NCBI GenBank assembly: GCA_050575255.1
Contig: JBNZDD010013722.1
Location: 8,563,083 to 8,627,082 of the forward strand
Direction: 5' to 3'
Source of the DNA: Harriotta raleighana
Taxonomy: Eukaryota
Length of the DNA: 64,000 bases
Shown: one piece after another, positions 11,807 to 24,600 of the stretch
How the letters are laid out: each line of letters opens with the position of its first letter
How positions within the stretch are numbered: the first letter of the stretch is position 1
Position numbers and translations under genes: made by a program
The notes under the pieces: model-generated
The model's input: only the letters and a program-made list of their open reading frames with translations
What the model was told of the DNA's origin: nothing
Database searches by the model: none

Positions 11807-13774
11807 TAAGCTGAATGGGTAGTGTGGAAAGCTATCCCACCCGTTATAACACTCTAAGCTTTGTATCAGGTTAACAGAAAAAATCAACTCCAGCTGTGAC
11901 CCATTTTGGTTACAACACCAGCCAAATGAGCATGGCTTGAAAGCTGGTGAAACACATTAGTACTTTTGCAAAACTCAAATTCCTTAGTCAGCAAAGGTAT
12001 TAATCTTGAATTAAAAGAATTTCTAAAAATGGAACCATTTGCTCTCAGTAAGCCCCCTTAACTTTGCTCTCTGCAGATGAGAACCATTTGTTAAACTACA
12101 GAAGATACAGAGGAAGCAAACGAAAATATGTCAATGATAAAACTTGAAAGACTGATAGAAATCCCAGAAGACTCATTTTTTTCCCCTTGTCAGCCTTACA
12201 AGTAAACCATCAAATATTTCAATAGCGTAGTTTGAGAGGCAAAGATCCTTCTATTTTGGAGCTCACCCAAAGCAATTTTATCTTAACAGCATGTCACCAT
12301 TCTGTACTGTATTAGAATGCAAATAAAACAGCAACAGTAGAGAGTTGAAGAAGAAAAAGAACCTTTATACAGTACTTGATAGAATGCATTCCATTCAGTA
12401 TAGTGATTTTCATGTCAGGAAGTTGATTCAAAGCGTTTCACATGATATATTGGAAAGGGCAGTGACTTGGTGTTTTTGTTGGCAAACCCAGAAGCCTGAA
12501 ATCTGAAAGTTTTGTAATTCACAGCCTGAACAGGTTACTAGGAAGGGTGGTGGACACCAGGTGCAGGATTTGTTAAGCAATATCTTGATGCTATTGTGGG
12601 AAAACCATCCAAACCTCCTTGTGATCTTATGGAGAGTTGTGAAATTCTGAAGTGCAAAAATAAGCCAGGGAGTGAAATGATGGGTATGTTGCTCATTGCA
12701 CTTTCTGGGGATTTCGCCAGCTTGCCAAGTTATTGTTTATGAATTTCATAATTTGCAATCTGCAAACATTCACGAATCATTAAAGCAAGTACCCAGTTTC
12801 TGAATATTGCTTGTTGGATCCCATTGTCACAAAGTTCAATGGTAGCTCTGCGTAATAAGAAAAACATGTTTCCAAATTATAAAAGCAACAACTTGCTTTG
12901 GTATACAGGAGCTCGCTTCACATTGGATAACATCTCTGAGCATTGAAAAGAACTGAACTCGACAATGCTACAATTTATAGCTCCACATATTGTGGGGCAT
13001 CTTGCTTGTAGGGCCTCTTTTTATGTCCTCCCATCATGAAAGGCGCCTCTATAAATGTAATTTTGTTGTTGTTGTTGTATGTTCATGTCAGAATGGTTGT
13101 GTAGTGTTCCAGCTCTGATACAGAATGTAATCACAAGGCATGCATTGTGACTAGCTGTGTCAGTGTTATCACCTGCTGCTCACTACCCTCACATTAATCT
13201 GCTTTTGTGGGCCTTTGTCAAGTCCATTATGATGTCTCGTCACCACATTGTACAGAATGCTTCAAGAAACAATAAAGTCAATTTTAATAATCATAAAAAT
13301 CCCTGCATTTAATATAGACCTATATCATGTCTTTGAGACATCTGAAAAGGCTTCTCGGAATATACTGTAAAGTGAATTGATTGTATTTTTGGGGGACGAA
13401 AGGTGGCAGCTAATTGCACGCAGTAGTGGATTGAGTGATCCATTATTAAAATAGTTTTTTGAAGGAATTATTACTCCTCAAAAAGTGATTCACCAATCAA
13501 TTAACAAGCAGTTTCCTACTCACCACTAGGTAAACAGAGGCATGTAGAGTAAGGAAACTTGCCCAACATTTTGCCCTGCTGAGAATCAAATCCAGGTCTC
13601 TGCTTCCAAGGCGAGCGCTCTAACCACTTGCTGTCATTTCTAACAGAAATTTTAAATTAAGAAACTTTTGAATGCAGTCTGACAGGAATGCTTTATTTTC
13701 ATAGTGGGGTTCCTTTGAGTCAGTGTGACTTATGTAACTTTCAAGCATTTTGAGATGTCCCCCAAACATGGGGT

Positions 13775-14507
13775 TTTGTATCTCAGCGGTTAGAACACTC
13801 GCTTTACAAGCGAGAAATTTGAGTTCAATTCCAGGCAGGGCGAAACCTTGGGTAAGTTTCCTTACACCACATGCCTAATAATAATCTGTAAAAAAAAATT
13901 GATCATTTCAATCCATGATTTTTTGTGGGACACTGCTGTGTGCTATTGGCTGCCGTGTTTCATCCACATACAGTAAAACCCTGTTTATCTGTGACTCAAT
14001 GAATCGAAAACCATGTTGAACCAGAACCTCCAAAAAAAGTCCCGATTTGATAAACCAGAAGTCATCCGGCAGAATAGTGATGATGTATTTAATGAATCGA
14101 TTGTTGCACGCAAGTTCTGGTGCAGGTATTTCAGCTGGCCTCTAGTCGAGTATAAACTCGCTCCTGCTCCTTTGAAAAGTCGCGTTTTTTTTTACCTCTG
14201 TCGGGTGAGGGCTGCCATTGCAAAGGTAAGTATAAATAATAAAGTACTAATACAATATTCTGTTATTATAGTCTATTATTAATATGGTATGTGTTAAAAT
14301 AATTTTTTATTTAAAAAAAAGTTTAACAATTATTTTTGAAAAAACAGTTCAACCAGAAAACTGTTTAACTGCCACTGGCCAGGTCCCAGTAAAATACAGG
14401 GTTTTACTGTATATGCAAACAATTAATTTCATAGTACATTCTGTGAAGCACTTTGAGATGTCTAGAAGACATGAGAAATGCTATATCAAATGCAAGGATT
14501 ATTATTA
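13775..14507 (+). mobile_element. tRNA-derived Deu-domain SINE split by a MITE insertion
   Basis: A/B-box head, TTTGTGGGACACTGCTGTG core, and tail ending ATCAAATGCAAGGATTATT resuming after 14411. Confidence 0.88.
13971..14409. mobile_element. Tigger/pogo-type MITE nested in the SINE
   Basis: Perfect 14-bp TIRs CAGTAAAACCCTGT / ACAGGGTTTTACTG with TA target duplication. Confidence 0.88.
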
Positions 14508-15159
14508 ACGTGAAAGGCACAATAAAAAAAGCAAATTGAATTGTATTACTTCCAATTACTCGAAGGAATTGCCATTGATTTCTTACTTAAGAAATGCCGT
14601 TAAGAAATACTGCAAATTTGACTCCAATAAATATTTATTGATGTTTCTGTACATGCAAGTGACTGAGCTAGCAGTTTAATGATTCTAAACGGTCTAGAAA
14701 ATAACTTGTTTATCTGGTAAATGATACTTGTACCTTCTACCTTGCAAGCTTGAGTAAAGATCCTTGTGACCCTATTTCTGAGCTTCAGGTCTTTTGAGGG
14801 CACAGTTCCAACTCGTGGTGTTTTTAAAAAAATATTATTATAGCTCCAGGCCCATTGTTATCTACTTCTGAATGGCTTAACAAATGTATGCTGAAGAATT
14901 CACCCTACCAAATAACTTGAGTGCAATCTTACATTTGGTATAGTGTTTCAGACTCCTTTTATACACTATTTATATTTTCAGGTGTTTGCAATCAATGAAA
15001 GTCAAGTACAGTATTGTTGATTTGCTCAATGTTGTATATTAAAATACTATTCATTTAGGTTTAAAATAGGGTAAAGAATTGTTCAGCGAACTCCTTATTT
15101 TCTCCAGAGCTGGCTTTTCCTTTTTCTTTTAACCCCATTTGATCATATTAAATATCTGC

Positions 15160-15787
15160 AATATTGCCCGATTCCATCATTATTTTACCCTCAAGTCCGC
15201 TGAAACCCTCATTCATGCTTTCATTACATCCCAGCTTGACTACGCAAGCTTGTCAGTCTTCCCATTTCCTCCTTCCACAGGTTGCAGATAATCCAGAACT
15301 TGTGGTCCATGTCCTTTACCACTCCAAGCTTCATGACCTCATCTCCCGCGCAACTCCATTGGCTTCTTATCATCCAAAGGATCCAATTCTGGTCCTCACA
15401 TTCAAAATCCTCCATGGTCTTGGCCCACCCTACTTCTACGACCTTCTAACCTCCTACCAACCTGCCCGCCCCCTCCACTCAGCAGGCTCCAGCCTGCTCC
15501 ACGTCCCCCGACCCACCCACCCTACCATTGGCAGGCAAGCCTTCAGCCACTCTGCCCCAACCACTGGAACTCCATTCCCCAGTCCCTTCACCTTGCCCCT
15601 TCCCTGGCCTCTTTCAAGTCCCGCCTTAAAGCCCCCTTCTTCAACGGTCCCATTGGTCACCTCAAATCCCCCCCTTTCTTTCTACCCTCCCCGATTCCAG
15701 CTCAGGACTGAAACAATGACTGTCCAGCGCCTAGGGACTTCCTCCTAAAGTGGAAGGCACTATGCAAGTGTAATCTTGTTGTTGTTG
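15160..15787 (+). mobile_element. L2 LINE 3' fragment
   Basis: ILVLTFKILHGLGPPY...TIGRQAFSHSAP, then stem-loop tail and (TTG)n. Confidence 0.9.
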
Positions 15788-16589
15788 TATTCTCCATGGC
15801 ACAGAGAATTTCTATGTTACTGTATTAGGTGCTATTCTTTGGTAATTTAATTTGTAATTAAGCTAAACAAAGCATTTGATTAGGCTCTGAGACACCGTCC
15901 GGCGTGGATGGCACTATATAAATTAAAGTTGTTGTTGTGTGTTAGCTCCTTGGCAGCATGAATTCAAAAATATATAGTAGAAATAATCAAAAATAAATGT
16001 GGAAGGCAAGAAACAAGAGAAGAAAGCAGAGAATGATAGCAGCAACAATGAAACAAAAGGGTTTTCATCTGCTGTTCACTAAAAATAGTGATCTTTTCAT
16101 TACTTTTGCAGGATAGGATTTTTGCAGAATAGAATTGCAAACCAATAGGTGTGGGATAAACCTTTAAGACAGAGTCAATATCACCGAACTAGAATCAAAG
16201 AGGAATAGTGAAAAAATGACAGCGAGGAACAAACTGAGAAAAAAAACAAAGGAAAAGAGTAGCAACAGGCCGATCACTTAAAATAGCTATTTTTGCTACG
16301 TCCTTACATGTGGAAAATCTTAATACGACGTCCTAAGAAGAAAAGGATTGCTATTTATCACGATTGCAGAGAGAAAGCCAATTACTTTAGATGAAGAAAA
16401 GTCGAAAAAGGAAAATAGGAACAAGGATGCAACACATAAATGAAGTGGAAATAACAGCAAAGGAAACAAAAATCAAATAGTATATTTCAGAGTAGATTTT
16501 TAACTGTAGAATCTGTTATGAAATCTGTTATGAATCTCTTCTTCACTTATTTCCATCCAGTACTAAAGATTGGCAGTGGAACTAAATAA

Positions 16590-17010
16590 TAACAACGACA
16601 ACAACAAATTCCATTTGTAAAGCATCTTTCTTGTCAGAAGGACATCCGAACAACAACCCCCACTTGCCACTTCCTAACAACAAAAATTAAATTTCTACCA
16701 CATCTTTCACATTGGGGCAGAGTGACTGAAGGCTCGCTCGCCAATGGTGGGGTGGGTGGGCTGGGGGACGTGGAGCAGGCTGGAGCCTGCTGAGTGGAGG
16801 TCCCAAGGTGCTGAACAGTCAGGGGTAAGGGGAAAGGGTGGCAGAATTGGGGTGAGAGAGGTAGGGGAGCAGCTAAAGGCACAGTCAAAAAGGAGGGTCT
16901 TGAGTCGGCCTTGAAGGAGGCAAGAGGAAGAAAGGCAACGTGATTGTGGGATGGAGTTCCAAAGACTGAAAGTCCGAATGCCGATGATAGGGTAGGTTGG
17001 ACAGGAGACA
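16590..17010 (-). mobile_element. Rearranged L2 3' fragment(s) with two tails and an internal 87-bp insertion
   Basis: Reverse frame IRTFSLWNSIP...LKTLLFDCAF; tail interrupted at 16714-16800. Confidence 0.8.
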
Positions 17011-17379
17011 TGGACCCCGGACATTGGTTTGACCAACACCTTAAGATCTATCTCTTGCATTAAGATCTACAGCTTCAAAGTACTTTGACAACCCCCCACC
17101 ACCACCCCCAGGTTGGACTCAAAGTCAACTGGGTGATGCACTTTAATATATTCTCTGACGTGAAAGGCACCATTTAAATGTTCTAAGGCAATTTGCAAAC
17201 AATAGCTGTCTGCCATTTAAACTGCCGTTTGGCAGCCCCCAATTTCTTTTTTCAGCTCCAAAGGTAATGTTTGAGAGATATCGCAGGATACCAACTGAGT
17301 TACATTAGTATTCTATTTTGATCCATAATTTAAAAAATCAATCTCCTTTATCAGTGGCAGCATTGGAGAATTCTTCAGC

Positions 17380-17710
17380 CCTACCACTTATATAATTTTT
17401 TAAAGGTATTAAAGGAAAAACCCAGAGAATTGTTGGAATGCCCTGTCTTACGCCAGTAGAACAAAAAGACATTGGTTTAGAGTCACAAAGGACAATTTCA
17501 GGACAGATACTGGGTGTTTTTCTTTAACCAGAGAGTAATTAATGATTGGAACAGTTTGCCATAATGGTGATGAAGGCCAGGGTACTGGACGCATTTTAAA
17601 AGCATCTTGATGTTGTGATGGGTGGGTGGGGGGGAGGTTGGAATGCAGACTGGGTATTCTGGAGATGGGTATTTTCTCTTCCCAGTTGTAAAGACTTGTA
17701 AAGACCTTAG
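17380..17710 (+). mobile_element. Old CR1 LINE 3' fragment
   Basis: Degenerate motifs equivalent to FFNQRVINDWNSLP and FKKHLD (17515-17610). Confidence 0.6.
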
Positions 17711-19094
17711 ATAGATGACTTTTAGAGTATTAAAAACATAGCAAAAGAAATGCTGAAGAAAAAAAACAAGGTCCAATGGTTTGCCTTCTACCTTCCTGGT
17801 ACATGGGTCCCAAACTGCCTATGTACATTATCCCATAATGTTATTTCCTAAGAGAAAACTATCTAATCTGTGATTTGAAGGAATTAACATTTCAAATCCA
17901 GTTTGTCTATTATCGATGTGCTATTATCAGAAGGAGATAAAAGCAATAGGAAAGGCGCAGGGTAAATTCAGTGCTGAATGGTACAATCAATCCTGAAGCT
18001 TTAAGTAAATGTGTGTTGAATTGTATATGCTGCATGTCATTCATTATTCATCTATTAATGTTGAAACCTAAATTGAGAATAATTTAAGAAAAGCAGAATT
18101 TAATAAATTAACATTTCTACATTACTCAGTGATGGTGAAAGTATATTTGCCAGGAACATATATTGAGATTACAGCATTAATTTTCCATCTGTTATACACA
18201 CCTTAAATAAAGAAATCTTTACACTATGAAAACATATTAGAAATAAAACATGATATTTGTGAGTAATTGCCACTCTCAAACAGAAAATTGCTTTGGGAGA
18301 TCAATAATCCCAAAAATATTCCCTCAAGTGTTTTAATAAACATCTGCACTGCACTCCAGAGGTCCCTTCAATAGCCTGAGGTCACATCTAGTTGTAATGG
18401 AAGTAAATTGCCAGTATTTACAGTGTTTATTTGCCAGGGCTACATCCAATTACTTCTGTAGGATAGGTTTCTTATCGTGTGATTGTTTGGGATGAAGAAG
18501 GCCCTTAGGCCATTTGATCCCATCCTAAAAGAATACCAGTATCCTCCACTTACAACATCAACTGTGTTTTTTGATGTGTCCAGTACCCTAGCATGTGAAC
18601 TCACAACTCTATCACTCGGCAGTGAGAGTATTATCACCTGAGCCAAACTGTAACATGCTTCACTGCGTAGTGCCTGATAGAGAACACGTTTTACAGAGGA
18701 CTGAGATCACAACATGTGGGAATGTTATTAATGGGACCTTATAATTGGAACATTGAGCTCCACAATGCAACAACAAACATACACTTATTTCTATAGCTCC
18801 CCTGATAAATAAGGCCCAATGAATCCAATGAAACCCAACGATAGCAGCAATCAAAACCATTTTGTGGCATGTCGCTCTTTCCTTAATAGAATTGGCTAAT
18901 TATGAAAAGAGACAAGGATAAGGGGGTATTGAGGGGGTAGTAAATGCAACTAGTGATCTGATAATCATTATGGGTGATAAATAATTTTAACATAGTGCCT
19001 CATACAGCAGCATTGAAGCAATGCAGGGCTCACTCCATGACTGCTAGCAGCTAAGATAGCAAACAGAATCTTTGAGAAGTTTCTGGCCCAGCCA

Positions 19095-19494
19095 TTGTGG
19101 CGGCGGCGGCGGCAGAGGAGGGTTAGGTGCCACAGCCGCCGCTACCGTAACCGCCACCACAAACGAAACCGCTGCCACGACCAAAATCGATACCGATCCA
19201 GGCACAGGATGCAGATCTACACTCGTGCGTCTGCTTCTGCAGGGAGCTGGGACAGGTACACCCGAGCACGGTGTTGTCTTCGGCGGCCATGGACGTGATG
19301 AGCTCGCTGGTTGGCGACATCTTCGAGTGGCTCCTGCCTGCGAGGCCTTTTGCCCGGTCCTGTACTGCAGGCAGAGGACCATGTCATCGTGGGAGATCCC
19401 GACGGCGGTCGAGCTGCTGCTACCAGGCAAACTGGCCAGACACACCGTATCCAAGGTACCAGGGCCGTCACCGAATCATCTGATCACCAGCTGA
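19095..19494 (+). pseudogene. Solitary histone H2B-like pseudogene with an Arg-rich, protamine-like N-terminal tail
   Basis: Reconstructed through 3 frameshifts: WRRRRQRRVRCHSRRYRNRHHKRNRCHDQNRYRSRH-RMQIYT/VCFCRELGQVHPSTVLSSAAMDVMSSLVGDIFEWL/ACEAFCPVLYCRQRTMSSWEIPTAVELLLPGKLARHTVSK/TRAVT. This is collinear with H2B [87 protein letters not shown]. Confidence 0.9.
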
Positions 19495-19581
19495 GGAGCC
19501 GGTCGGTTTTGGGGCCTTTCACCACACTGGGCACGGTTCCCGCCTTTTGAATATCGTCCAGGCAGGTGGCGAGGACAGGGN

Positions 19582-20032
19582 TCCCCCCTTGCTCCCCTTT
19601 CTCCCCTCTGATTTTACCCCATCCCGCATTTCCCTCCATCTCCCTCTTACTCTCTTTTCCCCCTTTCTTCCACAGCCCCACTTCTGCGACTGTTTGTGGG
19701 ACACTGCTGTGCACAATTTGGCTGCTGCGTTTCGCCCACAAATATACAGTTGGTTTTTCCTGTTTTCCTTCCCCCTACCCCAACCCCTCCTCTTGCCATC
19801 TGTCCCCCCTTTCTCCTCTAACCCCACTTCCATGACTGTTTGTGGGACACTGCTGTGCGCAATTTGGCTGCCATGTTTTCGTCAACAAATATACAGTCCA
19901 TTTTTCCTACTTTCCTTCCCCAGATCCCTCCTCCCCGTTCTGATTCCTATTTGATTGTATAGCGCCTTGGGATGTCCTCCCGACGTGAAAGGTGCTACAT
20001 AAATGTAATTTTGATTGATTGAATGATTGATT
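19582..20032 (+). mobile_element. Chimeric retroelement: L2 3' UTR / SINE Deu-core dimer ending in an L2 tail with (GATT)n
   Basis: Two diverged copies of CCCCACTT..GACTGTTTGTGGGACACTGCTGTG..AAATATACAGT..TTTTTCCT..TTTCCTTCCCC (about 19676-19774 and 19822-19921), then GCGCCTTGGGATGTCCTCCCGACGTGAAAGGTGC. Confidence 0.75.
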
Positions 20033-21625
20033 CTGCTGATGTCTGGGGTATCAACCCTGACAGCAAACGATAACTATACGCTAGTTTTCACCATGTATAT
20101 GTTCCATAATTATCACATCATAAGTCATCTCCTCACCACACTTTATTTACACATAAAATAAATATAATTGTGGTAATCATATGTTATGTCTTGATGCATT
20201 TGCTGAATTTAGGAGGCAAAATATCAAATTGATAAAAGTTGACACGCTGAGGCAATGCAAAGTCATCTTCTGCTGTTATTGTAACAGGCCAAGGTTTAAC
20301 ACAATGTAATTATTTTATGCAGTACTGACTATATTAGCTTTTCTCTTCTTCTATGACAGGTTTACAATAGAATGTCAATTGAGGCAATACAGAAGCTGAC
20401 CATTATAGTGCACTTAACATCAATTTATGTGACATATGCGTTCGAGTGATTCATGTGCTACATTTGTCTCTGTTCACTCAAGAGTACCAGAAGTCAAAAG
20501 GTTTCAAATAAGATAGTCTCAAGGTTCATTCTTTTCAGTGATGCAGTGAAAGATAACCTATATTTTTAACATTAGGTTGAGAAAGATTTTCAAAGGTCTA
20601 TTTTGTGCACATTTTAAATGTCACTTTTTGTGTTTGTTTCAATAAATAGCAAATACAAGCCGTAATCATTTCACTTTTATACTTGCAATTTGTGCAATTT
20701 TATATCGCATTTTTTAAGTACTGCAGATCTTTTGCAGCCAATGCACATTATTTCAATAAACATGCATCTGTAGAAAATGTATTGCAAGGCCCAGGCTGTT
20801 ACCTGTACGTTTGACCAATGGGTGAAGACAGACTCAGTCTTAGTTGACGATAGTCTAAATAGTAATAATAATCCTTATATTTTGTAAGGCACACATCCCA
20901 AAGCACTTCAGTTTTTGTGAGTAAACGTGGCAGCCAATTTTGCAATTTTGACTAGTATGTCCCCCAAACAGCCATGAAGTGAATAAGCAATTTTACTTAC
21001 GCCGATTGTTGGCCGGGATACTGTAAGAAACACAGAGCATAGCCTGACTATGTTCATTAAGAAAGGCAGACTGACACAAGAATCATTTATCAAAATAAAG
21101 AAAGAGTTTAGCAGTCAATACAACTGTCAGGATCAGGAATCCTCAACATTAGTTGAGTTCTGCTTGAAGGTATGATATTTTACTAATGGGAATCACATTC
21201 ATTTTGGCAAGGTGATTTATTTTGATGTAACCAGCCAAATTTAACAGCTATACCAAATTAAAGTTATATTTTCCCTGACTACTAATCATATACTGTACAA
21301 GTGATCTGTTACCTTGCATAGAATATTTGATCATATCATGCACATACACAGTAGTTTATNCCCCACTTGACTGTACAGCGCCTTGGGACGTCCTCCTGAC
21401 GTGAAAGGCGCTATATAAATATAATATATAAATAAATAAAAAATGTGATACNCCTGACTACTAATCATATACTGTACAAGTGATCTGTTACCTTGCATAG
21501 AATATTTGATCATATCATGCACATACACAGTAGTTTATGCCTAAATTATTAGGGTGATAGGGAGGAGTGCTGAGCATCAAACTGAGTGCTAGCTGAGCTA
21601 TTGTACTCATTTATGGATGACCCCN

Positions 21626-24600
21626 AAAGTGAATTGACTGTATATTTGTGGGCGGAACATGGCAGCCAGTTGCACACAGCAGTGTCCCACAGTCGTGGAT
21701 TGAAAATGGACAATTTTTATAATTTAATATATTATTTTAGTATATTTTTCAGGAATCCGGAAGTAATCAGGAAATCAAAGAAAATCGTCATCCCTTTGTG
21801 TGCCAGTTTACCTCAATTTGTAGTACAGTACTCTCATCTCTCAGTCAGAAGATTGTTAGTTCAAGCCCCACGTGACTTTGAATTCACAATCTAAGTTGGC
21901 AATACACCCAGTGCAGTGCTGGGAGAGTTCATGTGAACATTAAAGACAGGTTAAAGATCCAATTGCACCATTTGAAAAGTGTAGGGAGTTTCATCTGGTG
22001 GCCTGGTCAACAATCACCTGGATAAAATTGGTCATTCACTTCATGGCTATTTGCAGAACATTGTTCCCTTTACTGCATTCACCTATAAAATACACAGTTA
22101 CTACCCATCGCAATAAATCCTGTGAAACTCTTTGATATGTCCTCCTGATGTGAAAGGCGCTACATGAAATGCAATGATTATTATCCACAAGAATGCGATG
22201 TGCTCCAACTGATTATTTTAGTCCCACAAGAGACAACTCTGCTACTTGCAAATCCAGAGCATTAATACAGGCAGAAGAGGCACATAATTCTGTACTAATT
22301 TACTGAGATCCAACTAATTCAATGTAAAAAATGTATTCTTACACTGTACCTTTAAAGGCATACTTAATTGTTGCCTTTTGTTTTCTATAGAGCTTTATTA
22401 TTCCACAATATTCTGCTTTATAACATTTTCATTGTTGCATTTCAGTGTTTTGAACAAGATAGACCTTTCACTTACATAAGTAACCCTTTAGATGTTTTAG
22501 GATACGGTCTCCTATCACTATTTTGCTGAATCCAAAGAAGGAATTTTAAGCAATTTCAGGAAAGACTGAAAATTACACATAGTCATCACCAGCATAAATG
22601 TGTGGTTTCTGCAGCAGTACAAGGCAACTGGGTGTGAAATAACAGTTAGTGATATTGCTGTATGCTGTTTCAGAAGCCTAACAGCTGTTGGGGTGGAGTA
22701 TGTAGGCACATGTGTTTGTGAGACACGCAAGTAACTGAAGCCTGTTTGGGCAATTTAAACAGTGTGCAAAACACATTCTAAGAGCAAATTGTAGCAATCC
22801 GGAGGATTCTGAGTCAGTCATTGACAGTGAAGTTAGAGAACGATGAAGTCTGAAAAAGACAGAGAGAAACCGGGAAAGAGAATTGGTGCAATGTGCTACA
22901 ATAGGAACATCACAGAAAATGACAAACCAATGAGAGAAAGGACCAAAAGGGAATGAGAAAAATACAGACCAGAAGCGGTGTGAACAAAAATACTGAGAGA
23001 GAATGAAGAAACCAGTATGATCTACATGGGTGTTACTTGCATCCATCTGTACTGTATAGTGAAAATGAAATGAATGAGTGAATTGTACAATCCACATTCT
23101 GCAAATGTTATGTTTCTGGAAAGAAAACTCAAAAATATTACTAATGGAGCCTGCAGATGTTTCCTAAATATGGCATCCAGCCCTCAGCAGCCAAATGATA
23201 GACCATAATTTTTACAAAAATAAAAATGAGAACGATTNNNNNNNNNNAGTGCTTTTCACATCTTATCAATGTCTCAAAGCGCTTCTCAGAATATACTGTA
23301 AAGTGAATTGACTGTATATTTGTGGGCGGAACATGGCAGCCAGTTGCACACAGCAGTGTCCCACAGTCGTGGATTGAAAATGGACAATTTTTATAATTTA
23401 ATATATTATTTTAGTATATTTTTCAGGAATCCGGAAGTAATCAGGAAATCAAAGAAAATCGTCATCCCTTTGTGTGCCAGTTTACCTCAATTTGTAGTAC
23501 AGTACTCTCATCTCTCAGTCAGAAGATTGTTAGTTCAAGCCCCACGTGACTTTGAATTCACAATCTAAGTTGGCAATACACCCAGTGCAGTGCTGGGAGA
23601 GTTCATGTGAACATTAAAGACAGGTTAAAGATCCAATTGCACCATTTGAAAAGTGTAGGGAGTTTCATCTGGTGGCCTGGTCAACAATCACCTGGATAAA
23701 ATTGGTCATTCACTTCATGGCTATTTGCAGAACATTGTTCCCTTTACTGCATTCACCTATAAAATACACAGTTACTACCCATCGCAATAAATCCTGTGAA
23801 ACTCTTTGATATGTCCTCCTGATGTGAAAGGCGCTACATGAAATGCAATGATTATTATCCACAAGAATGCGATGTGCTCCAACTGATTATTTTAGTCCCA
23901 CAAGAGACAACTCTGCTACTTGCAAATCCAGAGCATTAATACAGGCAGAAGAGGCACATAATTCTGTACTAATTTACTGAGATCCAACTAATTCAATGTA
24001 AAAAATGTATTCTTACACTGTACCTTTAAAGGCATACTTAATTGTTGCCTTTTGTTTTCTATAGAGCTTTATTATTCCACAATATTCTGCTTTATAACAT
24101 TTTCATTGTTGCATTTCAGTGTTTTGAACAAGATAGACCTTTCACTTACATAAGTAACCCTTTAGATGTTTTAGGATACGGTCTCCTATCACTATTTTGC
24201 TGAATCCAAAGAAGGAATTTTAAGCAATTTCAGGAAAGACTGAAAATTACACATAGTCATCACCAGCATAAATGTGTGGTTTCTGCAGCAGTACAAGGCA
24301 ACTGGGTGTGAAATAACAGTTAGTGATATTGCTGTATGCTGTTTCAGAAGCCTAACAGCTGTTGGGGTGGAGTATGTAGGCACATGTGTTTGTGAGACAC
24401 GCAAGTAACTGAAGCCTGTTTGGGCAATTTAAACAGTGTGCAAAACACATTCTAAGAGCAAATTGTAGCAATCCGGAGGATTCTGAGTCAGTCATTGACA
24501 GTGAAGTTAGAGAACGATGAAGTCTGAAAAAGACAGAGAGAAACCGGGAAAGAGAATTGGTGCAATGTGCTACAATAGGAACATCACAGAAAATGACAAA

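Noticed and set aside
19072-19494. 140-aa ORF as an intact novel gene
   Set aside because: Non-ATG start; only its last third is in the H2B frame, and the homology is spread over three frames.
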